Source: Bacillota bacterium
Lineage (GTDB): Bacteria; Bacillota; Dethiobacteria; DTU022
Length of the DNA: 24,000 bases
Direction of reading: 5' to 3'
Assembly: GCA_029782095.1 (NCBI GenBank)
Contig: JAKOVL010000223.1
Coordinates: 34,637 to 58,636, forward strand
Both the position numbers and the translations under genes were made by a program. The notes below the pieces were generated by a model. That model worked only from the letters and a program-made list of their open reading frames with translations. It ran no database searches and was not told the origin of the DNA. This document shows, in pieces, positions 14,859-22,408 of this stretch (its first letter is position 1; each line of letters starts with the position of its first letter).

Positions 14859-16628
14859 TCAATCTACCTGTCTTTCCCTGCCGTTAGCTTCCAGGCAGGG
14901 GACCGGCGCGTAGGAGGCGGTTTCGCTATCAAAGACACTGCTGAAAACAGCGCGAACCACTTCCTCCAGGGTGGTAACCCCCTTCTCCAGGAAGTGCCGT
15001 CCGCTTTGCACCAGGGTAATCATCCCCTGGGCTACCGCTTTTTCCTGCAACTGCTGCGCCGTAGCCCCGGCCAGAATAAGGCTGTGCATTTCCCGGTTCA
15101 GCACCATAAGCTCCTGAATGCTGGTGCGGCCGCGGTAACCGCTCTGATTGCAATATTTGCAGCCCGTCCCCCGGAATAAGGCTTCGGGCGGATCCACCGC
15201 AAAGAGATGACGGTAAAGCAACTGCTCTTCGGGGCTGAGAGGCTGCGGCATGGAGCAATGGGGACAGAGTTTGCGGATAAGCCGCTGGGCCACCACTCCG
15301 ACCAGCGCCGCAGTAATAAAGTAGCGCTCCACCCCCATATCCATCAGCCGGGTGATGGCGCTGGCGGCGCTGTTGGTATGCAGGGTGCTTAAAACCAGGT
15401 GCCCGGTCAGGGCGGCCTGGGTGGCGATGCGCGCCGTTTCCAGGTCGCGGATCTCTCCGACCATGATAATGTTCGGGTCCTGGCGCAAAATGGAACGCAG
15501 GGCGCTGGCAAAGGTCAGGTTGATACGGGGGTTGACCTGGACCTGGTTGATGCCATCGAGGCGGTACTCCACCGGATCTTCAACGGTGATGATGTTGTCC
15601 TCGGGGCGGTTTAAATAATGCAGGATCGAGTAAAGGGTGGTGGTCTTGCCGCAGCCGGTAGGCCCGGTAACCAGGATCATTCCCGAAGGGTTCATTAGCA
15701 GCCGCCGCAGAAGGCGGTAATTCTGGTCGGAAAAACCCAGTTTGCTTAGAGGCAAAACGATGCGCGTTTTGTCCAAGATCCTGATTACCACCTTTTCGCC
15801 GTGAATGGTCGGCATGGTGGAGACCCTTAAGTTGATCTCTTTGTTTCCCGCAGGACCGCTCTTCAGAGTAATATTCCCGTCCTGGGGGCGGCGACGCTCG
15901 GCGATATCCATGTCAGCCATGATCTTGATGCGCGAGATAATCAACTGCTGCGTATCCTTGGGCGGCGCCATCAGATCGTGCAGCATGCCATCAATGCGCA
16001 GGCGGATGCGCAGCCCCTCACCGGTGGGCTCCAGGTGGATATCGCTGGCCCCTTCCCCGGCAGCCCGCTCGATTAGCGCGTCAACCACCTTAACAATGGG
16101 CGCCTCTTCCACGCGGGCCTTGAGCTGCTGCGGCCGCTCGGCCTCGCGGCTGCGTTCCTGCCGCTCCGCGGCGCTGCTCTCCAGCGACTCTTTCAAGCCG
16201 TAGTACTGGTTAATGACGTGGGTTATCGCGCTTGGCGCCGTGATGAAGGGCTCCACCTCCATGCCGGTATACGCGGCCACATCGTCCAGGGCGGCCAGGT
16301 TCAGGGGGTCGGCCATGGCCAGGCGCAAGACCCGGGCCTCTTTTTCAAAGGGGACAACTCGGTAGCGCTCGGCCATATTGCGGGGGATAGAGGTGGCTAC
16401 TTCGGGGTCGATGGTGCGGCTGTAGAGGTTGACCTGGGGGATCTGCAGCTGCTCTTCCAATAGCGAAACTAACTGTGTTTCGCTGAGCAAGCCCTTCTCC
16501 ACCAGGATTTGACCAAGGCGCCGGCGGCTGATTTTCTGCTCCGCCAACAGGGCTTCAAGCTGCTCCGGCGTAAGAAGGCCTGCCTCCAGCAACATTTCGC
16601 CCAGTTTGCGGCGCTTCGGACCAACCAC
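14859..16628 (-). CDS. pilB: Type IV pilus assembly ATPase PilB (GspE family) with an N-terminal MshEN-type domain
   Basis: Walker A GPTGCGKTTT, Asp/His boxes and a tetra-Cys motif (CPHC...CKYC). I place the start at GTG 16628, with a GGAGGGG SD 6 nt upstream and no overlap with aroE. The ORF-track start at 16721 adds an implausible Cys/Arg-rich extension that overlaps the aroE 3' end by 8 nt. Confidence 0.92.
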   Translation of the reverse strand: MVGPKRRKLGEMLLEAGLLTPEQLEALLAEQKISRRRLGQILVEKGLLSETQLVSLLEEQLQIPQVNLYSRTIDPEVATSIPRNMAERYRVVPFEKEARVLRLAMADPLNLAALDDVAAYTGMEVEPFITAPSAITHVINQYYGLKESLESSAAERQERSREAERPQQLKARVEEAPIVKVVDALIERAAGEGASDIHLEPTGEGLRIRLRIDGMLHDLMAPPKDTQQLIISRIKIMADMDIAERRRPQDGNITLKSGPAGNKEINLRVSTMPTIHGEKVVIRILDKTRIVLPLSKLGFSDQNYRLLRRLLMNPSGMILVTGPTGCGKTTTLYSILHYLNRPEDNIITVEDPVEYRLDGINQVQVNPRINLTFASALRSILRQDPNIIMVGEIRDLETARIATQAALTGHLVLSTLHTNSAASAITRLMDMGVERYFITAALVGVVAQRLIRKLCPHCSMPQPLSPEEQLLYRHLFAVDPPEALFRGTGCKYCNQSGYRGRTSIQELMVLNREMHSLILAGATAQQLQEKAVAQGMITLVQSGRHFLEKGVTTLEEVVRAVFSSVFDSETASYAPVPCLEANGRERQVD

Positions 16629-16713
16629 AACATTCCCCTCCCTCTCATGGCCGCGCTCCCGGTAAACATCGGAAAAGGGAACCACCCCGCACCCCAGCCG
16701 GCAGCGCCGCCCT

Positions 16714-17580
16714 TTAACCAAGTTTTACGCCGGGTAGATCGCTGCAGCCAAGGGCGCGGCGCATTTCTTCCAGCGGCGCCTCACGCCCGCTGAACTGATT
16801 AAAAGACAGCGCCGCCTGCCACAGCAGCATCCCCTTGCCGTTATAGGCGGTGCCGCCCTGCTCTTGGAAGCGGCGCATCAGCGCGCTCCGGGGAGGATGA
16901 TAGCGCAGATCGAAAAAATACCTTCCCCGGCAAGAAGAAAACCCGAGGACCTCCGCCACGGCCGCGCTGTCGCCGGGCAGGCAATAGATCATGGTCCGGC
17001 ACGCTTCCCAGCAGCGCCTTAGCTCTTGCGGATGCCATTCAACCGCTGCGCCCGCTTTAAGCGAAGCGTTCCGCCGCAGCAGCTCCACCAGCTCAACAGC
17101 CCGCGCTGCGGTGCGGTTGGCCACAAACACTGCCGCACCTTCCTTGGCCAGGCTAAAGGCTACAGCCCGCGCGGCACCGCCCGCACCGACAATCATAACC
17201 GGTTCATCCAACAAGTCCGGCGGTCCCGCCTCGCGCAAGGCGAGGATAAAGCCAGGGCCATCGGTGCTGTCGCCGTAGAGCCTGCCCTCCCGGTTAACCA
17301 CGGTATTGACCGAGCGGATTAACTGCGCCTGCGGCGCCAGATCATCCAGGTGTGCCATAACAGCCTCTTTGTACGGAGCAGTAATATTAGCCCCGCCCAC
17401 TTTAAGGGCCCTCAAGCCCGCCACCGCGTGCGGCAGCGCCTCCTGCTCCACCGTGGCGGCAAGGTAAACGCAGTTTAAGCCCAGCGCCTTAAAGGCGGCA
17501 TTGTGCAGCAGCGGTGAGAGCGAATGGCTCACCGGATTGCCCAGGAGAAGGAAAAGCTTGGTGGAACCGTCGATACGCAC
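16714..17580 (-). CDS. aroE: Shikimate 5-dehydrogenase
   Basis: LLGNPVSHSLSPLLHNAAFKALGL, NITAPYK and GAGGAARAV (Rossmann) motifs. GTG start. Confidence 0.92.
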   Translation of the reverse strand: MRIDGSTKLFLLLGNPVSHSLSPLLHNAAFKALGLNCVYLAATVEQEALPHAVAGLRALKVGGANITAPYKEAVMAHLDDLAPQAQLIRSVNTVVNREGRLYGDSTDGPGFILALREAGPPDLLDEPVMIVGAGGAARAVAFSLAKEGAAVFVANRTAARAVELVELLRRNASLKAGAAVEWHPQELRRCWEACRTMIYCLPGDSAAVAEVLGFSSCRGRYFFDLRYHPPRSALMRRFQEQGGTAYNGKGMLLWQAALSFNQFSGREAPLEEMRRALGCSDLPGVKLG

Positions 17581-17726
17581 TTTTATAGCACCAACTTTTG
17601 AGAGTCAGCAGCCCGCAGAAATACCGCGGCATGCTGCTGCCAACAATTTGCAAAGCAGTTGTGGTAGAAGTTTAGGCGCACTCTCATCCTTATTCAATCA
17701 CAGTTCTGCTGGCTACTGGCTACTAA

Positions 17727-17755
17727 ATTATAACATTAATCTTCCTCCTTCGAAA
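17727..17755 (-). promoter_or_regulatory. Sigma-A-type promoter with an extended -10, reading toward aroE-pilB
   Basis: The minus strand reads TTTCGA (17755-17750), 17 nt, then TGtTATAAT (17735-17727). This predicts a leader of about 140 nt before the aroE GTG. Confidence 0.5.
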
Positions 17756-17832
17756 GGGAAATCCCTCCACTTGACAGCCATTAATTGTCATCGATCCCAA
17801 ATAAAGCAGGACTTTAGCATCTGCTGTCGAAT

Positions 17833-18648
17833 ATGTATAGAACCATGTCCACAGAGCAATATTTTTTTTACATGATTGTGTTTCTTTGCGGTCTCTCCGT
17901 CGGCAGCTTTCTCAATGTACTGATTTACCGGCTGCCGCGGGGCCTTTCCCTGGTTAGGCCGCCCTCGCGCTGCCCCTCCTGCGGGCGGCGCCTCGGCGTC
18001 CTGGAGCTGATCCCGGTGTTGGGCTACCTCTTTATAAAAGGGCGCTGCCTGCAGTGCCGGCAGCCCGTCAGCCCCCGCTATCCCCTGGTGGAGCTGGCTA
18101 CAGCCTGCCTCTTTACCGCCGTATACCACCGCTTTGGTTTCAGCCTGGCCGGCCTGGGATACCTGCTGCTGCTGTCACTTTTGCTGGCCGTAGCGTTGAT
18201 CGACCTGGATCACCGCATCATCCCCAATTCCCTGGTCCTGGCAGGATTGATTGCCGGGCTGATCCTGCAGCTGCCCGCTGCGGGAGCACGCTGGTTCGAC
18301 CTGCCTTCCCGGCTGGCTCCCGCCATTCCATTGACCGATGCCCTGGCCGGGCTGACGCTGGGCGGCGGGCTGCTGCTCATAATCATCCTGGTCAGCCGCG
18401 GCGGCATGGGCGCGGGCGATATGAAGCTCATGGCCATGATCGGCTTTTATGTAGGCCTGCGCGGCACAGCGGTGGTCATGATGCTCGGTTTTATGCTGGG
18501 CGCCATAACCGGGTTAGTCCTCATCGCCGCGCGCCGCCTTACCCGCAAGGATGCGGTGCCTTTCGGCCCCTTCCTCTCCCTGGCGGCGCTGATCGAGATA
18601 TTCTGGGGCCCGCTGCTGTGGGACTGGTATATCAACCTGCTGCGCTGA
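17833..18648 (+). CDS. pilD: Prepilin peptidase / N-methyltransferase (A24 family)
   Basis: SFLNVLIYRLP, CPSCGRRL...CLQCRQ zinc motif, and catalytic Asp contexts LIDLDHRIIPN and GAGDMKLMAMIG. Confidence 0.93.
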   Translation: MYRTMSTEQYFFYMIVFLCGLSVGSFLNVLIYRLPRGLSLVRPPSRCPSCGRRLGVLELIPVLGYLFIKGRCLQCRQPVSPRYPLVELATACLFTAVYHRFGFSLAGLGYLLLLSLLLAVALIDLDHRIIPNSLVLAGLIAGLILQLPAAGARWFDLPSRLAPAIPLTDALAGLTLGGGLLLIIILVSRGGMGAGDMKLMAMIGFYVGLRGTAVVMMLGFMLGAITGLVLIAARRLTRKDAVPFGPFLSLAALIEIFWGPLLWDWYINLLR

Positions 18649-18733
18649 TTGACCGGCGCTGCCAAGCGGTAATAAACACAGCCTGCTTGAAGAAACGGAT
18701 CCACCCTGCACCTTGGCGAAAGGACAGAAGCGG

Positions 18734-19153
18734 ATGCGTTTTCTGAAAAGAGGCGAAGGTTATACCTTTATTGAACTTCTGCTGGCCGTTGCCATCCTCG
18801 CTATGATCGCAGCCCCCCTCCTCGGACTTCTTGCCACAGCCTGCACCGCCATCCGCTCTGCCGGAGACCAAACGGCAGCGGTCAACTTTGCCCGTTCAGC
18901 CATGGAGACAGTAAAAGCCGCGGGCTTTGATGCCGCCTACGAAACCTATATCACCGGCGGCCAGTCACCATTGATCGAAGAATCCCTGCCCGAAGATCCC
19001 CGGATGCGCCGGGAGATTGCAGTAACGCTGCCGCCCTCCCCTTCCGGCATGGTGCAGGATCTGGAGCTGCTGCATATCCGGGTCACCGTATCCTGGCCGG
19101 CCCGGAGTGCGGAGCGGGTTGTCGTTTTGGAGAGTTATTTGTGTAGAAGATAG
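18734..19153 (+). CDS. Minor pilin, PilV/GspI-like, with a prepilin-type N-terminus
   Basis: MRFLKRGEG|YTFIELLLAVAILAMIAAPLL is a class III signal with Glu at +5. The C-terminus LLHIRVTVSWPARSAERVVVLESYL is PilV/GspI-like. The ATG at 18734 has AAAGGA 9 nt upstream. The ORF-track TTG at 18713 is an alternative. Confidence 0.75.
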   Translation: MRFLKRGEGYTFIELLLAVAILAMIAAPLLGLLATACTAIRSAGDQTAAVNFARSAMETVKAAGFDAAYETYITGGQSPLIEESLPEDPRMRREIAVTLPPSPSGMVQDLELLHIRVTVSWPARSAERVVVLESYLCRR

Positions 19154-19194
19154 GTGGCAGGTGACAGGAGAGGCTGGGAAACTGGCCTTGTGCA

Positions 19195-19405
19195 GGCTAA
19201 GGGAACTCATAAGCCAGGAGATGGTTTTAAGACGGGATAAACGGCACTGATAACTACAGAAGATAAAGGTAAGGAGGTTTTTAATCTAACTTCCAACCTC
19301 TTACCTCTAACTTCTAAGAGCCCCCGGTGGGGGAGGGCTAGGGTGGGGGGGATCTAAAGCCCAAACGCCCCCTCTCCCCCCCCCTCTCCCACCAGGGGAG
19401 AGAGA
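19195..19405 (+). repeat. Composite mosaic repeat, copy L3. Modules: C 19195-19270, orphan SD plus T-run 19271-19282, A 19286-19317, B (5'-truncated, ending in the D hairpin) 19321-19404.
   Basis: By eye, 19195-19317 is about four-fifths identical to 23197-23328. 19321-19404 aligns with 21102-21191 and 23078-23165. Confidence 0.85.
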
Positions 19406-19474
19406 GAAAAAAAGCGCCGAAGGGAGAGTAGTACGCTGAAACTGTACGTTAATCTATTCTACCGCCAGGATGGC

Positions 19475-19930
19475 TTGACCCTGATCGAGCTGCTGGCGGC
19501 GCTGGCGATCCTCGGTTTTGTGGTCGGATCTCTTTCCACTTTCTATTTCGCCGGGCTGAGCAGCTTTGAGCGCAGCATTGGCCGCATGGACAACCAGCAA
19601 AGCGCGCGCATCGCCATGGATAAAATAATCCGCGAGCTGCGCTGCGCTTATGATATAGATCTCTCCTCTGGACAAGAGGCGGATGCTATTCATTTCAAAG
19701 TGAAAGGGGACAGCAGGACGCATCGTTTCCGCCACTACGGAAAGGATGAAATTGTATTTGAAAGCATCTACAACAATAAAATCGATGCACACACCAAAAT
19801 TGCCCTCGGTATTTCCGCCCTGCAATTCACCATTGACGAATCTGGCACCATCTTCATAACCATTAGCGCCGGCAGCGAGCCTTCAGAAGCAACCCTAACC
19901 GGAGCGGTGCGCCCCCGCAACCTTCCCTGA
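19475..19930 (+). CDS. Minor pilin, PilW/GspJ-like. The coordinates give the minimal ORF from TTG; the prepilin leader lies upstream, where there is no canonical start codon.
   Basis: (G)LTLIELLAALAILGFVVGSL...MDNQQSARIAMDKIIRELR. The in-frame upstream codons read LKLYVNLFYRQDG, with no ATG/GTG/TTG from 19382 (the limit of my hand check) to 19474. CTG 19436 follows a GGGAGAG SD by 7 nt. Confidence 0.7.
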   Translation: MTLIELLAALAILGFVVGSLSTFYFAGLSSFERSIGRMDNQQSARIAMDKIIRELRCAYDIDLSSGQEADAIHFKVKGDSRTHRFRHYGKDEIVFESIYNNKIDAHTKIALGISALQFTIDESGTIFITISAGSEPSEATLTGAVRPRNLP

Positions 19931-19940
19931 GGGGGGCAAA

Positions 19941-21086
19941 ATGAAAGCCGAACGAACAAGTGCAAAGGGCATGGCCCTAGTGCTAGTGCTCTTCTTCAGC
20001 ACTACCCTACTGTTGCTGGGCACGGTCTTGATCTCCTTTGCCTTTAACGAAATAATCATCTCCGGCTACCAGGAAGAAGAAGTGCGGCTTTACTATATCG
20101 CTGAAGCAGGCCTGGAAGCCGGCCTGGCCGCCTTGCAGAACGACTTTAACCGCCAGGTGCCCTTAAACGGCGCATTAAACGGCGGCTCCTTCCAGGTGAA
20201 TTTCACCGCCCCCGTCCCGGGAAAGCGCGGCATTAGCAGCGAAGGATCGCTGGGCCGCTATCGTAAAACTATCACCGCCACCGCCACCCTGGCGCTCCCG
20301 GAGGCCTGCGACGCCCTGTCTGCGGACAAAATTTTCCTGCGCAGCACGGCCATAAATGGCAGCGTCCATGTAAACGGGCCGCTAACAGCGGAGCAAGGGT
20401 CCAATTACATAAGCGGCGACCTCCATTATCCGCAGGATGCGCCGCCCCGGGAAACGGGCGAGGCTCACCTGGAAGTGGGCGGGGAAACTGTCGCCGCCGC
20501 ACCGCTGAAACTGCCCCGGATCAACCTGGAGCTGCTGGCCGGGCGGAGGCAGTTGACCATAGCCGGGGGCACCCTTAACCAGCCTCCAGCAGGCTACCCG
20601 GCCGCCAACCTCTTTCATGTGGCCGGTGATCTGGTCATAGCCCCCCAGGAGGAAGAAGTTTTTGATTTTTCCGGGATGCTTTACGTGGAAGGTGATTTAA
20701 TCATTAACCCCGCCGCCGGATCAACACTGCTCCTGGAGGGTATCCTCGCCGCAGAAGGCGATATCGCCATCAATTTGCAGGCCCCCATCAACGCCGACGA
20801 CCACTGGCGGGTCCTCCTCCTTCTGGCCGGCGATACGTTAGAAATAGTACCGGCGGACGAAGCGGCTTCATCTTTTGGAGGCAAACAGATTGCCTATGCC
20901 CTCAACACCATGGTGCTGCGGGGCGCAAGCTCAGAAGCGCCCCTGGAGCTGCACGGCGCATACCTGGCAAAAGAGTTTCACCTGGAAAACTGCGCCTTGG
21001 TTTATGAGGCGGCGCTGCTGCACGACTATATCAACGACCTGCCCGGGCTGGGCATTTTGAAGGTCGAGTGGGAGAGGGTAGAGTAG
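19941..21086 (+). CDS. PilX-N-terminal-domain / GspK-like large minor pilin
   Basis: MKAERTSAKG|MALVLVLFFSTTLLLLGTVLISFAFNE...LYYIAEAGLEAGLAAL has a hydrophobic N-terminus without Glu5, followed by the AEAG motif. 381 aa. It follows the PilV- and PilW-like genes. Confidence 0.7.
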   Translation: MKAERTSAKGMALVLVLFFSTTLLLLGTVLISFAFNEIIISGYQEEEVRLYYIAEAGLEAGLAALQNDFNRQVPLNGALNGGSFQVNFTAPVPGKRGISSEGSLGRYRKTITATATLALPEACDALSADKIFLRSTAINGSVHVNGPLTAEQGSNYISGDLHYPQDAPPRETGEAHLEVGGETVAAAPLKLPRINLELLAGRRQLTIAGGTLNQPPAGYPAANLFHVAGDLVIAPQEEEVFDFSGMLYVEGDLIINPAAGSTLLLEGILAAEGDIAINLQAPINADDHWRVLLLLAGDTLEIVPADEAASSFGGKQIAYALNTMVLRGASSEAPLELHGAYLAKEFHLENCALVYEAALLHDYINDLPGLGILKVEWERVE

Positions 21087-21101
21087 CAGCAGGCAGTAAT
21101 C

Positions 21102-21301
21102 CCTTCCCCCCTGGTGGGGGAGGGCCAGGGTGGGGGGGATCTAAAGCCCAAACACCCCCTCTCCCCACCCCTCTCCCACCAGGGGAGAGGGAAAATAATG
21201 CGGAAATCCAGGCTTGGGCGCTCTAAAGGAAACTAGAAGTCAGAAACCAGAAGAAAAGATGAAAGAGGTTGTGACGGTGTACCCCCTTTTGAAAAGGGGG
21301 G
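21102..21301 (+). repeat. Composite mosaic repeat, copy L4. Modules: B 21102-21191, C/H-like heptads 21221-21257 (CTAGAAG TCAGAAA CCAGAAG), then a separate palindrome ACCCCCTTTTGAAAAGGGGGGT at 21281-21302.
   Basis: The B module is more than 90% identical by eye to the copies at 19321 and 23078. The heptads have an exact period of 7. Confidence 0.8.
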
Positions 21302-21331
21302 TCAGAGGTTTTTCGTCAAAGGAGGGTAGTA

Positions 21332-22408
21332 GTGGTGATTAAACTCTCGCAGCCACATCACATCTTTAAACCGATACAAACCAGGACAGCAGGCCGGAGG
21401 GCCTTTTCACCCATCGGCCTCGACCTGGGCAGCTCTCAAATCAAATTAATGCAGCTGCAGCGAAAAAATGGTGTCGTTTCCATTTATCGCTGCGCCTCTT
21501 TCCCCTCCCCTGCCGGCCGCGACGGTGACCTGGCCGATACAATTCAAAGGGCCCTTAAAGAAGCCGGCTGCCGCGGCCGCAGGGTTGTTGCGAGTCTGCA
21601 CGGCCAGGCGGCAATCCTGCGCCGCATCACCCTGCCGCCCCTCTCTCCGCCGGAAGTGTCCCGCGCTATGCGCTGGGAAGCGGAAAAGCAGCTGCCGCTT
21701 CCCGCAGAAGAATTTGTCTATGACTATGCCTTTTTAGAAAAACGCAATTTCCGGGGTAAAACAGTTCTTGATTTTATCCTGGCCGCGGTGCCGCGTTCTG
21801 TGGCGGAGAACTGCACGGAAGCCGTGCTTAAGGCCGGATATTTTCCCGAAGCCATAGAGGCGGCGCCACTGGCCCTGCGCCGCGCCGTGCACTGGTGTGG
21901 TTCCCATAACTTGCCTCCCTGCAACGGTACTGTGCTGGTTATCCATGTGGGCAGAGAGAACAGCGACCTGCTGGTGCTGCACCGGGGGCGCCACCGTTTC
22001 TATCGCCCCGTAAATGTGGGGATCAACCACTTCTGCAAGGAGGCGGCAAAGTCAAGTAAGCTATCCCCTGCGGAAGCGGAATGCTGCCTCTTCTCCACCG
22101 CACCGCACCAGCACCGCGGCCTGGGTGCAGCAGTGTCAAAGCTGGCCCGGCAGGCCGCCCGCTCCCTGGAATTTTATACCCTGGAGACAGAATTCCCGGA
22201 AAAACACTGCGAAGCGGTGCTGTTGTGCGGCGGTGGGGCCCTTATTCCCGGGCTGGAAGAGCGCCTCAGCAGCGAACTGGGTCTGCCGGTATCCCGCTTC
22301 AATCCCTTCGCTGCCTCCTGCTTCCCCGACGGGCCTGGCAACGGGTTCGAAAGCGGGCCCCTGTATAGTATCGCCCTGGGCCTGGCCCTGCGGGGGTGGG
22401 CCGGGTGA
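21332..22408 (+). CDS. pilM: Type IV pilus assembly protein PilM (actin-like ATPase fold)
   Basis: IGLDLGSSQIKLMQL (phosphate 1), LLCGGGALIPGLEERLSSELGLPV, and the position before pilN. GTG start with a GGAGGG SD. Confidence 0.85.
   Translation: MVIKLSQPHHIFKPIQTRTAGRRAFSPIGLDLGSSQIKLMQLQRKNGVVSIYRCASFPSPAGRDGDLADTIQRALKEAGCRGRRVVASLHGQAAILRRITLPPLSPPEVSRAMRWEAEKQLPLPAEEFVYDYAFLEKRNFRGKTVLDFILAAVPRSVAENCTEAVLKAGYFPEAIEAAPLALRRAVHWCGSHNLPPCNGTVLVIHVGRENSDLLVLHRGRHRFYRPVNVGINHFCKEAAKSSKLSPAEAECCLFSTAPHQHRGLGAAVSKLARQAARSLEFYTLETEFPEKHCEAVLLCGGGALIPGLEERLSSELGLPVSRFNPFAASCFPDGPGNGFESGPLYSIALGLALRGWAG

Noticed and set aside
17771-17790. TTGACA at 17771-17776 as the pilD promoter -35, and the inverted repeat TGACA-N9-TGTCA as an operator.
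   Set aside because: No acceptable -10 hexamer lies 16-19 nt downstream. The inverted-repeat arms are only 5 bp, so the match could arise by chance.
17581-17832. A T-box, aromatic-amino-acid attenuator or c-di-GMP riboswitch in the aroE/pilD divergent region.
   Set aside because: The leader is too short for a T-box, and the T-box sequence (AAUUAGGGUGGUACCGCG) is absent; only a chance TACCGCGG occurs on the wrong strand. There are no GEMM-I/II hallmark segments, and I could see no leader peptide rich in aromatic codons.
21259-21342. A 27-codon ORF (MKEVVTVYPLLKRGVRGFSSKEGSSGD) upstream of, and overlapping, the pilM start.
   Set aside because: The SD is weak, it spans a palindrome and the pilM RBS, and it has no recognisable features. 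It is probably fortuitous.
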